Source of the DNA: an uncultured delta proteobacterium
Lineage (GTDB): Bacteria; Desulfobacterota; Desulfobacteria; Desulfobacterales; JAFDCJ01
Assembly (NCBI GenBank): GCA_963769935.1
Contig: CAVYNY010000028.1
Coordinates: 64,001 to 128,000, forward strand
DNA: 64,000 nucleotides
Direction of reading: 5' to 3'
Shown here: positions 44,879-54,940 of the stretch, piece after piece
Position numbering within the stretch: the first letter of the stretch is position 1
Layout: each line of letters opens with the position of its first letter
Program-made: the position numbers and the translations under genes
The notes under the pieces: model-generated
The model's input: only the letters and a program-made list of their open reading frames with translations
What the model was told of the DNA's origin: nothing
Database searches by the model: none

Positions 44879-45301
44879 ATGTTTTTTCAGAAATACGTCG
44901 TGCACGCCGCAATTTTCTTCGCATGTCTGTTTACTATCGGTCATGGACCCGGGCTGGCCGCAGCCGATAAATACAAGATACCTGAAATTTCCGTAGATCA
45001 GGTCAAAGCAATGATAGGTCGGCCTGAAACGGTAATTATAGATGTGCGCCGATACCGAAGTTGGTGGCGATCCCGCTGGAAAATCGCGACTGCCGTAAGA
45101 GAAGATCCATCAAGCGTGGACAAATGGGCTCAGAAATATGCCAAGGACACAACCCTGGTATTTTATTGCAGCTGAAAAAATGAAAGAACCAGTGCCCGTG
45201 TGGCACAATATTTTTTGCAGAGGGGATACGCGAAGGTGTTCGTACTTAAAGGCGGCTGGCAGGCATGGCTCAACGCCGAATACCCGGTTGAGGATAAATA
45301 G
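44879..45301 (+). CDS. Rhodanese-like selenoprotein with signal peptide, 140 aa (Sec at TGA 45173-45175)
   Basis: IIDVR..LVFYCS-U-KNERTSARVA..GY..V.VLKGGW..W..A.YPV completes the rhodanese fold only by readthrough; hairpin GUGCC-CGUGU-GGCAC at 45192-45206. Confidence 0.85.
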
Positions 45302-45582
45302 GCATTGATATGTGCGGTCGATTTGTGCAATTCAGTTCCCTGCGAACCCTTGAATCCTTTTGCAAGCCGGACTTCCGGTTTTTCAGGCCGGGCTGTAACT
45401 TCAACGCATTTTTTGTCTCTTAAAGCTTGTTTGGTTTAAAAATCCAGGTGCCACGATGAAGTAATTCCTGCCTGGGCACCCGATCGGGTTTGATTAAGCC
45501 AACCTTTACCTATACCGATGTTAATCCCAGGTGGTTTTCCATTGGGGATAGGGCCTGTCATGAAAAAGAGGCAACGAATAAA

Positions 45583-45849
45583 ATGGTATTTCGTAAGATC
45601 GGTGATGAGACCACTCATCTGCGTGACAACATCGAGAAGAGCGCCCAACTGGTCAGCGTCAACTACTGCATCCCCGGTATAATGTCCCGCTGCAGCGCCG
45701 GACTGATCTGGCAGCAGCAAAAAAAGTGTAAATTTAGCAGGAAGTCCACTGTCGGAGATAGGTGCATGCACTATATCGAGCCTATTTATGGTCATTGTGA
45801 CAGCGTAGAAGCCCAGAAAGAATTAGGATATCTGGACCAACCTGAGTAA
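45583..45849 (+). CDS. Hypothetical Cys-rich small protein
   Basis: GAGG RBS, ATG 45583; five Cys including RCMHY and GHCD. Confidence 0.55.
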   Translation: MVFRKIGDETTHLRDNIEKSAQLVSVNYCIPGIMSRCSAGLIWQQQKKCKFSRKSTVGDRCMHYIEPIYGHCDSVEAQKELGYLDQPE

Positions 45850-46258
45850 TATCCATGCCTTGGAAGGACGGGTGTGATTTCGCCCCGCATGAGGGGTGTT
45901 TGCTTTCATAGGCTGCCCGGAAGAATAGAAAAAAATCAATATATTGCGTTTATTCGGTTTCAACATGGGCCGGAAATTTAATTTCAGCCGCAGCCGCTTT
46001 TGTCTTCCCATCTAAAGAGCCTTCTAAATAATTCTGATTTCATTTGCGGATCCGTGCCATACATATTAAACAGGTCTCAGATCTCATTCCGCCAAGCGCG
46101 GGTTTTCAATGTTGAAATAAATCGGCTTTCAGCAATCGGCACCTCCCGGCCTGAATTCGGGTTTTTAAAGTAGAAAAATGCGGCACCTGCTTCAAAACAG
46201 TAAATGCATGCTTAAATTATAGGTCAGTTGTTTCGAGCATTTTTTTAAAGGTGTTCAC

Positions 46259-47701
46259 ATGAAAAACAGGATTAAATTCATCCTCGGATTGGCTATCTGG
46301 CCGGTGATGACCACACATTTATATGCCGAAGTTAATCTTACCAAACTGGTAAATAAGATTCGCCCTGCCGTGGCGACGGTCATCGTCTATGATGCCAATC
46401 GACAGGTTAACAGTATCGGCAGTGGATTTTTTATCGATAAAACCGGGCATTTAATCACAAATTATCATGTGCTTGAAGGCAGCTACGCCGCCGACGTAAG
46501 AACAGCTGACGGGGAAACATATCCGGTCAAAATGGTGGTCGCGGAAAATCAATCGGTCGATCTTTTGAAAGTGCTGGTGGATATACCCCGTGAAACGGTC
46601 AAATGGATAACGATAAGCAAAGACCTGCCCGAGATTGCGGAACAAATCCTGGTAATCGGCAGTCCGATGGGGCTGGAACAAACTGTCAGTGAAGGAATTG
46701 TGTCATCGATACGAGAGATCCCGGCGGTGGGAGAATTTTTCCAAATGTCGGCACCCATTTCGCCGGGTTCCAGCGGCAGTCCGGTAATCAACCTGAAGGG
46801 TCAGGTCATTGGAGTGGCCACATTTCAATTTATTCGCGGCCAGAATCTTAATTTCGCTGTTGCCGGAAAATCCGTCCTAAACCTGAAGCCCACCGGACCC
46901 GGCCTGGCGTTGTCGCGCTGGACGTTCAACAACAGTCTCCAGCAGCCCAAACTGGCCGAAGAACTTTGCCGCAAGGGATATAGTTTTTCAATGAACGGTG
47001 AAGATCAAAAAGCCGTAGAGTTTTTCAAGGAAGCTATCGAGAAGGATCCGAAAAATACCATGGCCTGGAATGGCCTGGGCTATTGCCTCATAGGGATGAA
47101 TAATCCCCAGGACGCCATCAAAGCCTATCAGCAGGCCATTAAAACCAATCCTGCGGACGAAACTCTGTACTACACATTAGGAAATTATTATATTAAGCTC
47201 GGACGTCAACCGGAGGCTATTGAATCTTTTAAACAAGTCATCCGGATCAATCCGGCTTTCGAGCCCGCTTATTTTAGACTGGGAATCCTATACACCCAAC
47301 TCGGTCGTCTGGATGAAGGGAAAAAGGCCTTTGAAGAGGTCATAAAATTGAATCCTGATGACGCACCGGCTTACTTCAATATTGGGATTGCCTATGCCAA
47401 ACTTGGCCGCTACCAGGATGCCATAAAAGCCCAAAAGGAAGTGCTGCGGATTAAATCCGATTTTGCGCCGGCACACGACAATCTCGGACTCGTATACGGC
47501 AAACTGGGCAGGCCGGACGAGGAGATCAGCGAATACAAAGAAGCCATTCGTGCCGATCCGACCTATGCATCCGCTCATTTCAACCTGGGCCATGCTCTGT
47601 TTCAAAAAGGTGATAAAGCGGCGGCCCTTGATGAATACAGGATTCTTAAAAACCTTGACCGGCAGGCTGCCGAGAAACTTTTTAACCTACTGTACTATTA
47701 G
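46259..47701 (+). CDS. Trypsin-like (HtrA-type) serine protease with C-terminal TPR array
   Basis: Signal peptide, GSGF, TNYHV, DL, GSSGSP triad; ~7 TPR repeats. Confidence 0.9.
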   Translation: MKNRIKFILGLAIWPVMTTHLYAEVNLTKLVNKIRPAVATVIVYDANRQVNSIGSGFFIDKTGHLITNYHVLEGSYAADVRTADGETYPVKMVVAENQSVDLLKVLVDIPRETVKWITISKDLPEIAEQILVIGSPMGLEQTVSEGIVSSIREIPAVGEFFQMSAPISPGSSGSPVINLKGQVIGVATFQFIRGQNLNFAVAGKSVLNLKPTGPGLALSRWTFNNSLQQPKLAEELCRKGYSFSMNGEDQKAVEFFKEAIEKDPKNTMAWNGLGYCLIGMNNPQDAIKAYQQAIKTNPADETLYYTLGNYYIKLGRQPEAIESFKQVIRINPAFEPAYFRLGILYTQLGRLDEGKKAFEEVIKLNPDDAPAYFNIGIAYAKLGRYQDAIKAQKEVLRIKSDFAPAHDNLGLVYGKLGRPDEEISEYKEAIRADPTYASAHFNLGHALFQKGDKAAALDEYRILKNLDRQAAEKLFNLLYY

Positions 47702-47703
47702 CC

Positions 47704-48204
47704 ATGGCATCAGGACAAGATTATCAACGCCTGCCGAACAGCGCAGATCACAAATGCTTTGGTTGCAGCCCGATAAACCCCTCCGGGCTTCAGATGGAAT
47801 TTTTCGCCGGTCATGACACGGTATTTTCGAATGTAACGATACCGGACCATCTTTGCGGATGGAGCAACATCGCTCACGGCGGTGTCATAACGACAATCCT
47901 TGATGAGATCATGAGCTGGGCCGCCCTTCATTTTTTGAAACGCATCACCATGACCAAATCAATGGAAATAGAGTTCATCAAGCCGGTTTATATACACAGT
48001 CTGTTGAAAGCTGAAGGCAAGGTAGTGGAGGTAACCGGCCAGCACGATGCCGTTATGGCAGGCATTCTTTATAACGACAACGGAGCTGCCTGCGCCAGAT
48101 CCACCGCCAAATTTTCGATCTTCTCGCCGAAGGTCGCCAAAAGATTCGGCATCGCGGATGACGCATCCTTAAAATTTTTTGAAAATGTCTTCGGGATAAA
48201 GTAG
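47704..48204 (+). CDS. PaaI family thioesterase (hotdog fold)
   Basis: CFGC...NP.GL, HGG..TILDE. Confidence 0.88.
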   Translation: MASGQDYQRLPNSADHKCFGCSPINPSGLQMEFFAGHDTVFSNVTIPDHLCGWSNIAHGGVITTILDEIMSWAALHFLKRITMTKSMEIEFIKPVYIHSLLKAEGKVVEVTGQHDAVMAGILYNDNGAACARSTAKFSIFSPKVAKRFGIADDASLKFFENVFGIK

Positions 48205-48427
48205 TTTTAAAAAATTAAAGAATAATTCACAATTGCCGAATATAAAAGCGAGTCCGTGAAGTAAATTTACACAGAATCAACTACCTCCTTTCTGATGGGG
48301 GTGGCTTCCGAAGGGCCAGCCCGACTTTTACAAATATTTAGCAGAATCGGTCTTAAATAAAACCCTTGTACCGTTGATGATCGCCGAAAAAACCGGTCAA
48401 ATATTTACTCTGACACAGGAGCGGAAT

Positions 48428-48703
48428 ATGGGAACAACTGTATGTGAAAATTGTAAGTTTTGGAATGAAACCGGCGGCACCGATGAAGGTCTGGTGGGGG
48501 AATGTCGTCGCAATTCGCCTTCCCCTAAAATTCTGGACGGCGGGCTGGACACCAAAATCCGTTTTGCCGCCTGGCCCGCGACCGGCCAGGATCAATGGTG
48601 CGGCGACTATGAGGAGCGTCCGATGGAGACCAAAGAATTACTCGAACGTATGGCCGCCATCGAAAAGTTGGAAGCCGCCAGAAAGGCTAAAAAGACTTCC
48701 TGA
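48428..48703 (+). CDS. Small four-Cys protein
   Basis: AGGAG RBS; CENCKFW..GECRR..P..WP.T...WCG. Confidence 0.7.
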   Translation: MGTTVCENCKFWNETGGTDEGLVGECRRNSPSPKILDGGLDTKIRFAAWPATGQDQWCGDYEERPMETKELLERMAAIEKLEAARKAKKTS

Positions 48704-48779
48704 GCGCCCGGGACCATCAGAGGTTCGCCATTTAATCGGGTATTAGATTGAAACAAATTAAACTGCAAGATTTTCGAAA

Positions 48780-48955
48780 ATCGTAAAAATTCCAAGCACC
48801 AAAATACAAATCCCAAATAAATACCAATGACCGAAATTCAAAATCCAAAACAAAAAAAATCGTCGTGCGGCTTCTAATAGGTGATAGGCATGTTTCGGTC
48901 ATTTGATTTTGGAATTTTGATATTGTTTGAAATTTGGGATTTGGAATTTGGGATC
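48780..48955. repeat. Long imperfect inverted repeat built from ~7-nt AAATYCC/GGRATTT units between convergent genes
   Basis: AAATTCCAAG..AAATCCCAAA..AATGACCGAAA mirrored by TTTCGGTCATT..TTTGGGATTTGGAATTT. Confidence 0.65.
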
Positions 48956-48986
48956 TAGGATCTTATTGCCTTGTCAACCTCCACGC

Positions 48987-50771
48987 CTATTTCTCCCTCC
49001 CCGCCAGCATCGCATCCAGTGCAAGGATGGCGTCCAGCTGCTCCAGCACCGGGTTGGCTGCTGTTCCATCGAACTGATCTGTCCGGTGCTTCATTTTCTC
49101 GAAAGCTCTGGTGGTCACACGCTCAGGGCTGGCAACTAACCGCACGCAAATCTGAAATAGAAAAAAGCTCAATAACAGCACAATTCCAATTGTCCACAGG
49201 GCATGCACAAAAAAGTCAAAGGCAAGATAACTGCCCATCAGAAACCGCTTCACGGTGATCCAGCCTGTATATCCCAGGACGGCCAAAACCGGCAGGTTAA
49301 ATAATATTTGCAGCTGCATACCGGAGAGCTTTCGTGAGATACGCTCCATCTCATTCTCGAGACTATTGCCCCACATCCCCGCAAATTTTTCCCCGAAGGA
49401 ATTAAGGGCCCCTAAAGCCTCGTCCCCCCGGCGCACCGAACTGTTGAAGCCTCCGACGATCAGTGACTCGGCAATATCCGGCCAATTGCTCAACGCAGCA
49501 AGCCGGTATGTGCGCCAGCCTGTCGCCACTCTTTCATCGTTGTCCGTATCAGCCATGGCGGATTTGGAATCCTTATAGTGCCGCCAAGCTGAAATCAGGC
49601 CGATGACCTGGCTTACGGGCCGGCCGAATCTAAAAAGGGCGGCAAGCCCGGCCCCAAAGAGCAACAGACGGCCCCAAACGGCGATCATCCACCCGATAGG
49701 TCCAATCCATCGCTGGGCCAGCTTCTGGTAGACCATCAGACTGACGCCTAAAAGCTGGTGCGAATCATCGTTTTTCATGGCCGCAATCGCATCCAGGTAG
49801 GATTTTTTTTCTGCTTGGCGGAATTGTTCCGCCGCGGCCGTCAGGGATTTCCGGTGTCCGGCAATCTCCCGGCTGACTTCATCGAATATAAAATTCCGCA
49901 AACTGCGGGCATTTTCAACTCGTCTGTCCACTACATAGCCGGCACGGTTCAGGTTGTCGAAGATTAATTGCTGCAATTCTTCGAATTGATCAAAATCGTG
50001 TTTCGGAACAGCCATTTGATCCCACTGCGGATCTTGCAGATGCCGGCGAGCGGATATGCACAGCAAACGGTCGACGGAGGTTTGCCACCCGTTCTGGATG
50101 TATGCTGAAAAATCCGGCAATATCCGGTTTTTCAATTCCAGCTCGTCCTGACGATCGCATTTATTAATCACGCATACCAGTGACGCGCCGTTAAACCGGC
50201 GAATAAACGGAGCCATGAAATCAACATGGTCCTTTCTTTTAGGATTTTCGCAGTCAAACACGCAGATGAGCATATCGGAGCGGGCAATGGCCTCGCGCAC
50301 GAGCGGGCCGTGCCTTTGGTAGGCCATGCTGTCCGTATCCGGCGTATCGATGATGGACACATTCTCCAACAGGGCCGCCGCAGGACTCGATTTGATCTGC
50401 ACCGAATCACTTCCCAGCGACTCAATCAGCTGGCCGCCATCATGGGTATCATTGCTGAAAACGATAATGTGGCCGGTGGTCGGGCGTTGATGACCGGCCG
50501 GTGACAGGTCGTCGACGCCGGCCAGGGCATTCAGCAGGGTGGATTTTCCGGCGCCGCAAGGTCCGACGATAGTCACCACCAGCTTGCGCTCGAACCGTTC
50601 GGCGATGTCATCGATCATTTCAACGGCCACATCACATTGCTTCTTGAGCGGAGTTGCGGGCAGCCAGAAAGACAAATTGCCGAGGGCTGCCCCCAGCATG
50701 GTCAGGTCATTTTTAAAGCCTTCGATCCGGCCAAACGCTTTAAGTGCAGAAAACTGCCGCGTTGATATCAT
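48987..50771 (-). CDS. Dynamin-like/TRAFAC GTPase B with C-terminal membrane helices
   Basis: G1 GPCGAGKST, G2 RPTT, G3 DTPD, G4 NKCD; helical stalk; two clear TM segments near the C-terminus. Confidence 0.8.
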   Translation of the reverse strand: MISTRQFSALKAFGRIEGFKNDLTMLGAALGNLSFWLPATPLKKQCDVAVEMIDDIAERFERKLVVTIVGPCGAGKSTLLNALAGVDDLSPAGHQRPTTGHIIVFSNDTHDGGQLIESLGSDSVQIKSSPAAALLENVSIIDTPDTDSMAYQRHGPLVREAIARSDMLICVFDCENPKRKDHVDFMAPFIRRFNGASLVCVINKCDRQDELELKNRILPDFSAYIQNGWQTSVDRLLCISARRHLQDPQWDQMAVPKHDFDQFEELQQLIFDNLNRAGYVVDRRVENARSLRNFIFDEVSREIAGHRKSLTAAAEQFRQAEKKSYLDAIAAMKNDDSHQLLGVSLMVYQKLAQRWIGPIGWMIAVWGRLLLFGAGLAALFRFGRPVSQVIGLISAWRHYKDSKSAMADTDNDERVATGWRTYRLAALSNWPDIAESLIVGGFNSSVRRGDEALGALNSFGEKFAGMWGNSLENEMERISRKLSGMQLQILFNLPVLAVLGYTGWITVKRFLMGSYLAFDFFVHALWTIGIVLLLSFFLFQICVRLVASPERVTTRAFEKMKHRTDQFDGTAANPVLEQLDAILALDAMLAGREK

Positions 50772-52738
50772 TGTTTATGGGATCCTTCCGCAAGTGTCAG
50801 CAGTAAACTATTTATGGTGCTGGTCAACTGTTCGGCATCAGCGATGTTCCGGCGGGCACACCGCAGAATTCCGCCGGTTAGTTTTTCCTCAAACAGGAGC
50901 TGTACTTTTTGGGATTTATCTTTTAACCAGGTTTGCAGGATGTGGCCCAGCATGTCTTCGATCTGCTGGCGGTCGGCTTTTTTCAATCCCGTGGTGAATG
51001 GAATCGCGAACAAGGCATACAAATCTTTGACACCGAAAAGCCCCGCCAGCTTGACTTTTATGCCGACTGCCCCCACCGGATCGCCGGTTGAAAGGATATA
51101 GGTGACGGCCACGGTTGCCGGCAGCACGTTGAGAAATGCCCAGAACGTTTGACTGACTTTGCGCCACACACCCATTTTTTTACGAAATTGGTCGGCCAGA
51201 TCTTTGAGATCCTTTTCCATATCGCGTGAAATACCCACAATGGTCTCTTTTTCGGCCAGGATTGAATGCAATACGGACTTAAACTCCGCGGCCCGCAGCC
51301 GGTCCTGCTCCCCAAGAACTACGGGATGGGCATCAATTATAAAAGTGAGTTTGAATCCATCACCGGAGGATTCGGCCCGGGGGTTTTGTCCCTTGGGCAG
51401 GTCTTCGCGGGTTCTGATTGCACCAATCATGCCGGCCATACCGGCGGCTGCGGGATCATGCAGGGAACTGGCAACAGCTATCTGAGGGCTGACCGTCTGA
51501 TGTTGCAGGCTGGTCACGGCGGTCACCAGATCTTCATCCAATTTTTGCACATATTCCTTTTTTGAGGAAGGTTCGGACTTGGGCGCTGACATTTGGTTTT
51601 TGGCCCAGCCGGCCGCACCCAGCAGTATTTTGAGGGGAAATTCAATGACGCTGCCGGTTCGGCGCATAATCTTAACGTGTGTCGGATCCGTGGCCGCCCA
51701 GATGCGGGCAAACCGTCGTACAATGCGATCCATGGGAAAATGCTTCAGTGCTTCGCGGATACATTGGCTCTGGGCCATCTGAAGCGTGTCATGATACAGG
51801 CGCAATTTATCGAGTGAAACTTCAGCGCGGTCTCTAATCAGCCCGGCCCGCCGGCAGACATCGTTCAAGATGGATTCATACAGTTCTATCCTGATTTTAG
51901 ACGTCTCAATCGATTGCAAAGCCTGTAAAAAAGGCGGACCATCGGGATTGGCCGGTTTAAGCGCCATCAGGCGTTGACCGGCCGCCACATTATTGTCCTC
52001 ATCGGCGCGGTAAATACCCAGCAGGTGCCGGTCGGCGAATTCGCCGTAGATGCCCCTGGCAACGGTCATGGCATGGTCCCGTACTTCCTGCGCGGTGAAG
52101 CTCGGATAAACCCGGTACACGAGAAAACATTTTCGTTGGCCGATTCCGGTGAGCATCTGAGCGATAAAATCCGTGTTATCGCGATTATTGTAATTTGAGT
52201 TGGTAAAAATGTAGATCAAAATGTCCGCAGCTTCCAGGGCCATCCGGGTCACCTCCCGGTTGGTATATGACCCCTTGGCACCCGTGTCAAAATCCGGCGT
52301 ATCCAGCAGCACCAGATTGTTGGAACGGGAATGATTCAGGACATAAAGCGGCTTTCCGGGAGTGGTCAATTCTTCCGGGTCGTTTAAAGGCTCGGGGACA
52401 TCTTTAAACGGCTTTGCCAGATCGGATAGAAGATCGGTTTGCTCAGCTCGCCGGGCCGGAACAGAAAAGAGCACCCGCCGATTCAACCCCGCCGTGCCGC
52501 CCGTCGGAGCAAACTGCTCCCCCACCAGAGAGTTGAACAAGGTGGATTTACCGGAAGAGCCACCGCCGCATATCGCAGCCACTACCGGAAAATCAGGCGC
52601 CAGCCGGCTGAGCAGCTTGGCGTCGACCATATTTTCCCAGTAGCCGATGTCTTCATCGTCACCAAGCCGGAGCAGCTCCGCCAAGCGGGGGATATCGCTT
52701 CTGAGCTGCTTCAGCGCATTGTAAAAGGCTTGTTCCAT
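50768..52738 (-). CDS. Dynamin-like/TRAFAC GTPase A with atypical G2/G4 and hydrophobic paddle
   Basis: G1 GGGSSGKST, G3 DTPD; GAGG RBS before ATG 52738; ATGA overlap with GTPase B. Confidence 0.78.
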   Translation of the reverse strand: MEQAFYNALKQLRSDIPRLAELLRLGDDEDIGYWENMVDAKLLSRLAPDFPVVAAICGGGSSGKSTLFNSLVGEQFAPTGGTAGLNRRVLFSVPARRAEQTDLLSDLAKPFKDVPEPLNDPEELTTPGKPLYVLNHSRSNNLVLLDTPDFDTGAKGSYTNREVTRMALEAADILIYIFTNSNYNNRDNTDFIAQMLTGIGQRKCFLVYRVYPSFTAQEVRDHAMTVARGIYGEFADRHLLGIYRADEDNNVAAGQRLMALKPANPDGPPFLQALQSIETSKIRIELYESILNDVCRRAGLIRDRAEVSLDKLRLYHDTLQMAQSQCIREALKHFPMDRIVRRFARIWAATDPTHVKIMRRTGSVIEFPLKILLGAAGWAKNQMSAPKSEPSSKKEYVQKLDEDLVTAVTSLQHQTVSPQIAVASSLHDPAAAGMAGMIGAIRTREDLPKGQNPRAESSGDGFKLTFIIDAHPVVLGEQDRLRAAEFKSVLHSILAEKETIVGISRDMEKDLKDLADQFRKKMGVWRKVSQTFWAFLNVLPATVAVTYILSTGDPVGAVGIKVKLAGLFGVKDLYALFAIPFTTGLKKADRQQIEDMLGHILQTWLKDKSQKVQLLFEEKLTGGILRCARRNIADAEQLTSTINSLLLTLAEGSHKQ

Positions 52739-53108
52739 TGACAGCCGATCCTCGATGTTCGATACTGGATACTCGATACTGGGTGCCGGGGTTTTGATGC
52801 CGAATCTAACTTGATACCGGCCGTTCAACTAATTCCGGAAATCGATTAACCATCGACCTGCTATTCAAAGCCAGGATCCGGGGCCGCTTGGATCCATTCC
52901 GTGTGCCCATATCAATATAGTCGCATCACTTTTATAACATATTGACATTATTAATACAAAAATAAAAAAAGAAAAAATGCACAGCATAATATAATTAATC
53001 CGCCTGACCTGTGATCTAACGACTTTCTTCAATTCTCAAAAGACAATTTAAGACCATGAAGATGCTATTTTTAGGGGCGGATTAGTTGGCGTACCCAATG
53101 GGGATAGG

Positions 53109-54884
53109 ATGATCAGCCTGGCAGATTTAAAGATTCTGGCCCTGGACTGCCAGACAACCGGTGCCAACCCGCAGAAAGGACATTTGCTTGAAATCGCCTG
53201 GCTCCCGGCCTGTGCTTCGGCGCCGGAAACCCAGGTAAATTCTGCGCTGCAATCCTACCTTGTCCGTTTGCCCGGCCAGGCCGCCATCCCGCGGGCGGTG
53301 CAGCGCATTACCGGTATCTCGGACCAAAGCCTGTCGTCGGCCGTACCATCAAATTTGGCCTGGCATCACCTGCTGACAGCCGCCGGAGAAACTGCCGCCG
53401 CCAATCATTCGGCCGCCTGCCCGCTGGTTATCCACTTTGCCCGGTTCGAAACGCCTTTTCTACAGGACCTCCATCGCAGGCACGGCACGGCCGAACCATT
53501 TCCTTTCCGAATCATCTGCACCCATGAAATCGCAATCCGCCTGCGGCCGGATCTACCGCGCCGCGGAATCAGAGCTCTGGCCGGCTATTATGGTCATCCC
53601 ATGCCGGAATTCAAACGCAGCGGCGACCATGCCGTTGCCACGGCCTTTATCTGGCAAAAAATGGTCGAACTGTTGCATGCCGCCGGCGGCATTTCCAATC
53701 TGGGACAGTTGATCGATTGGCTGGCATCCACCCGGCCGGCCGTGCGCTCAGGGCGGATATTTCCCATGAATCCTCGTCTTCGGCAGCATTTGCCGGACAA
53801 ACCCGGCATCTATCGCATGCTGCGAAACAACGGGGATTTGCTGTACATCGGCAAGGCCAAATCTCTCAAACAGCGGGTCAACAGCTATTTCCATCAGAAA
53901 GCGCCCCACGCCGAACATACCCTGGAAATGTTGACCCAGGCCCGCGGACTGGATGTTACCCGGACCGGGTCGGCCCTTGAAGCCGCCATACTGGAAGCCG
54001 ACGAAATTAAACGCCATTCGCCGCCCTACAATATTGCCCTGCGCCGGCTTCAGCGCCGGCTTGTATTTTGCAGGGCGGATTTCAATTTCAGCCGACGGGA
54101 TGTATTGGCCGATAAAGAGTGTGCGGTGGGTCCCCTTCCCGCCGGAAAATCCAGCGAAGCCCTGGCCGCGTTCGGAATGTGGTTTAAAAACGGAATGCGG
54201 CTGGACGGCGATAACGGCGCCGGCATTGGATACGCGGTGCTCGCCCTGCCCCCGGCGTATGCCCCGGAATTCGATTGCCTGCGGCAGGGCTTTGACATTT
54301 TCCGCCGACGACACCGCGACCGTCCTGCCAATCAATCACCGCTGAGATTTTTAACCTCGCTTGGCGCAACGCTCTGGCAGGAGAAATTGGCGGCAGCGGA
54401 CCTTTCCGAAACAGCAGATGAAGAGCCGGGCGATGCCGACCAAGGCGATGGACAGCAAAATGAATCCGGCCACGAATTCGTCTGGACCCCGGAGGCGGTC
54501 GCAGGCGCCATCGAAAGAATGGTAAGGCACAGTGCGCATCTGATTCGACGCGCCCGCTTTTTTTGCCTGCTGAGCGAATCCGCTCTGGCATGGGCAGCGG
54601 CCGGTCAGCCGCAGGAAAATAAAATAATGCTCGTCTTTGAAAAAGGGAGGGTAATTCAGCGGAATGAATTGATTTCTGGTGGAGAATTAATGATACCGCC
54701 CGGCTTTGTAAGATCGTTTCGCGATCGGCAAAAAAATATTGATTTAGCAACCTACGACCGCTTGCGGGTTGTCACCACTGAAGTGAGGCGGATTATCTCA
54801 GAGAGCCGCAATATCGAGCTGCGCCTGGGGCCTAAGATAACCCTGAAGCGTCAGCAGCTGATAAGGGTTCTGCAATGGATATAA
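53109..54884 (+). CDS. Degenerate DEDDh exonuclease domain fused to UvrC/Cho-type GIY-YIG endonuclease
   Basis: LDCQTTG..EIAW..TGI (DnaQ-like); PGIY..LYIGKAKSLKQRV.SYF..LEA.EIK...PPYN. Confidence 0.85.
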   Translation: MISLADLKILALDCQTTGANPQKGHLLEIAWLPACASAPETQVNSALQSYLVRLPGQAAIPRAVQRITGISDQSLSSAVPSNLAWHHLLTAAGETAAANHSAACPLVIHFARFETPFLQDLHRRHGTAEPFPFRIICTHEIAIRLRPDLPRRGIRALAGYYGHPMPEFKRSGDHAVATAFIWQKMVELLHAAGGISNLGQLIDWLASTRPAVRSGRIFPMNPRLRQHLPDKPGIYRMLRNNGDLLYIGKAKSLKQRVNSYFHQKAPHAEHTLEMLTQARGLDVTRTGSALEAAILEADEIKRHSPPYNIALRRLQRRLVFCRADFNFSRRDVLADKECAVGPLPAGKSSEALAAFGMWFKNGMRLDGDNGAGIGYAVLALPPAYAPEFDCLRQGFDIFRRRHRDRPANQSPLRFLTSLGATLWQEKLAAADLSETADEEPGDADQGDGQQNESGHEFVWTPEAVAGAIERMVRHSAHLIRRARFFCLLSESALAWAAAGQPQENKIMLVFEKGRVIQRNELISGGELMIPPGFVRSFRDRQKNIDLATYDRLRVVTTEVRRIISESRNIELRLGPKITLKRQQLIRVLQWI

Positions 54885-54940
54885 TCCGCATATTGAAAAC
54901 TTAGGATTAGCGGTCAAGGCGCAGTTGTCCGAAAATACAC

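Noticed and set aside
52739..52828. N-terminal extension of GTPase A in the ORF track
   Set aside because: Translates a short-period repeat (AGTATCG units); a good RBS precedes ATG 52738
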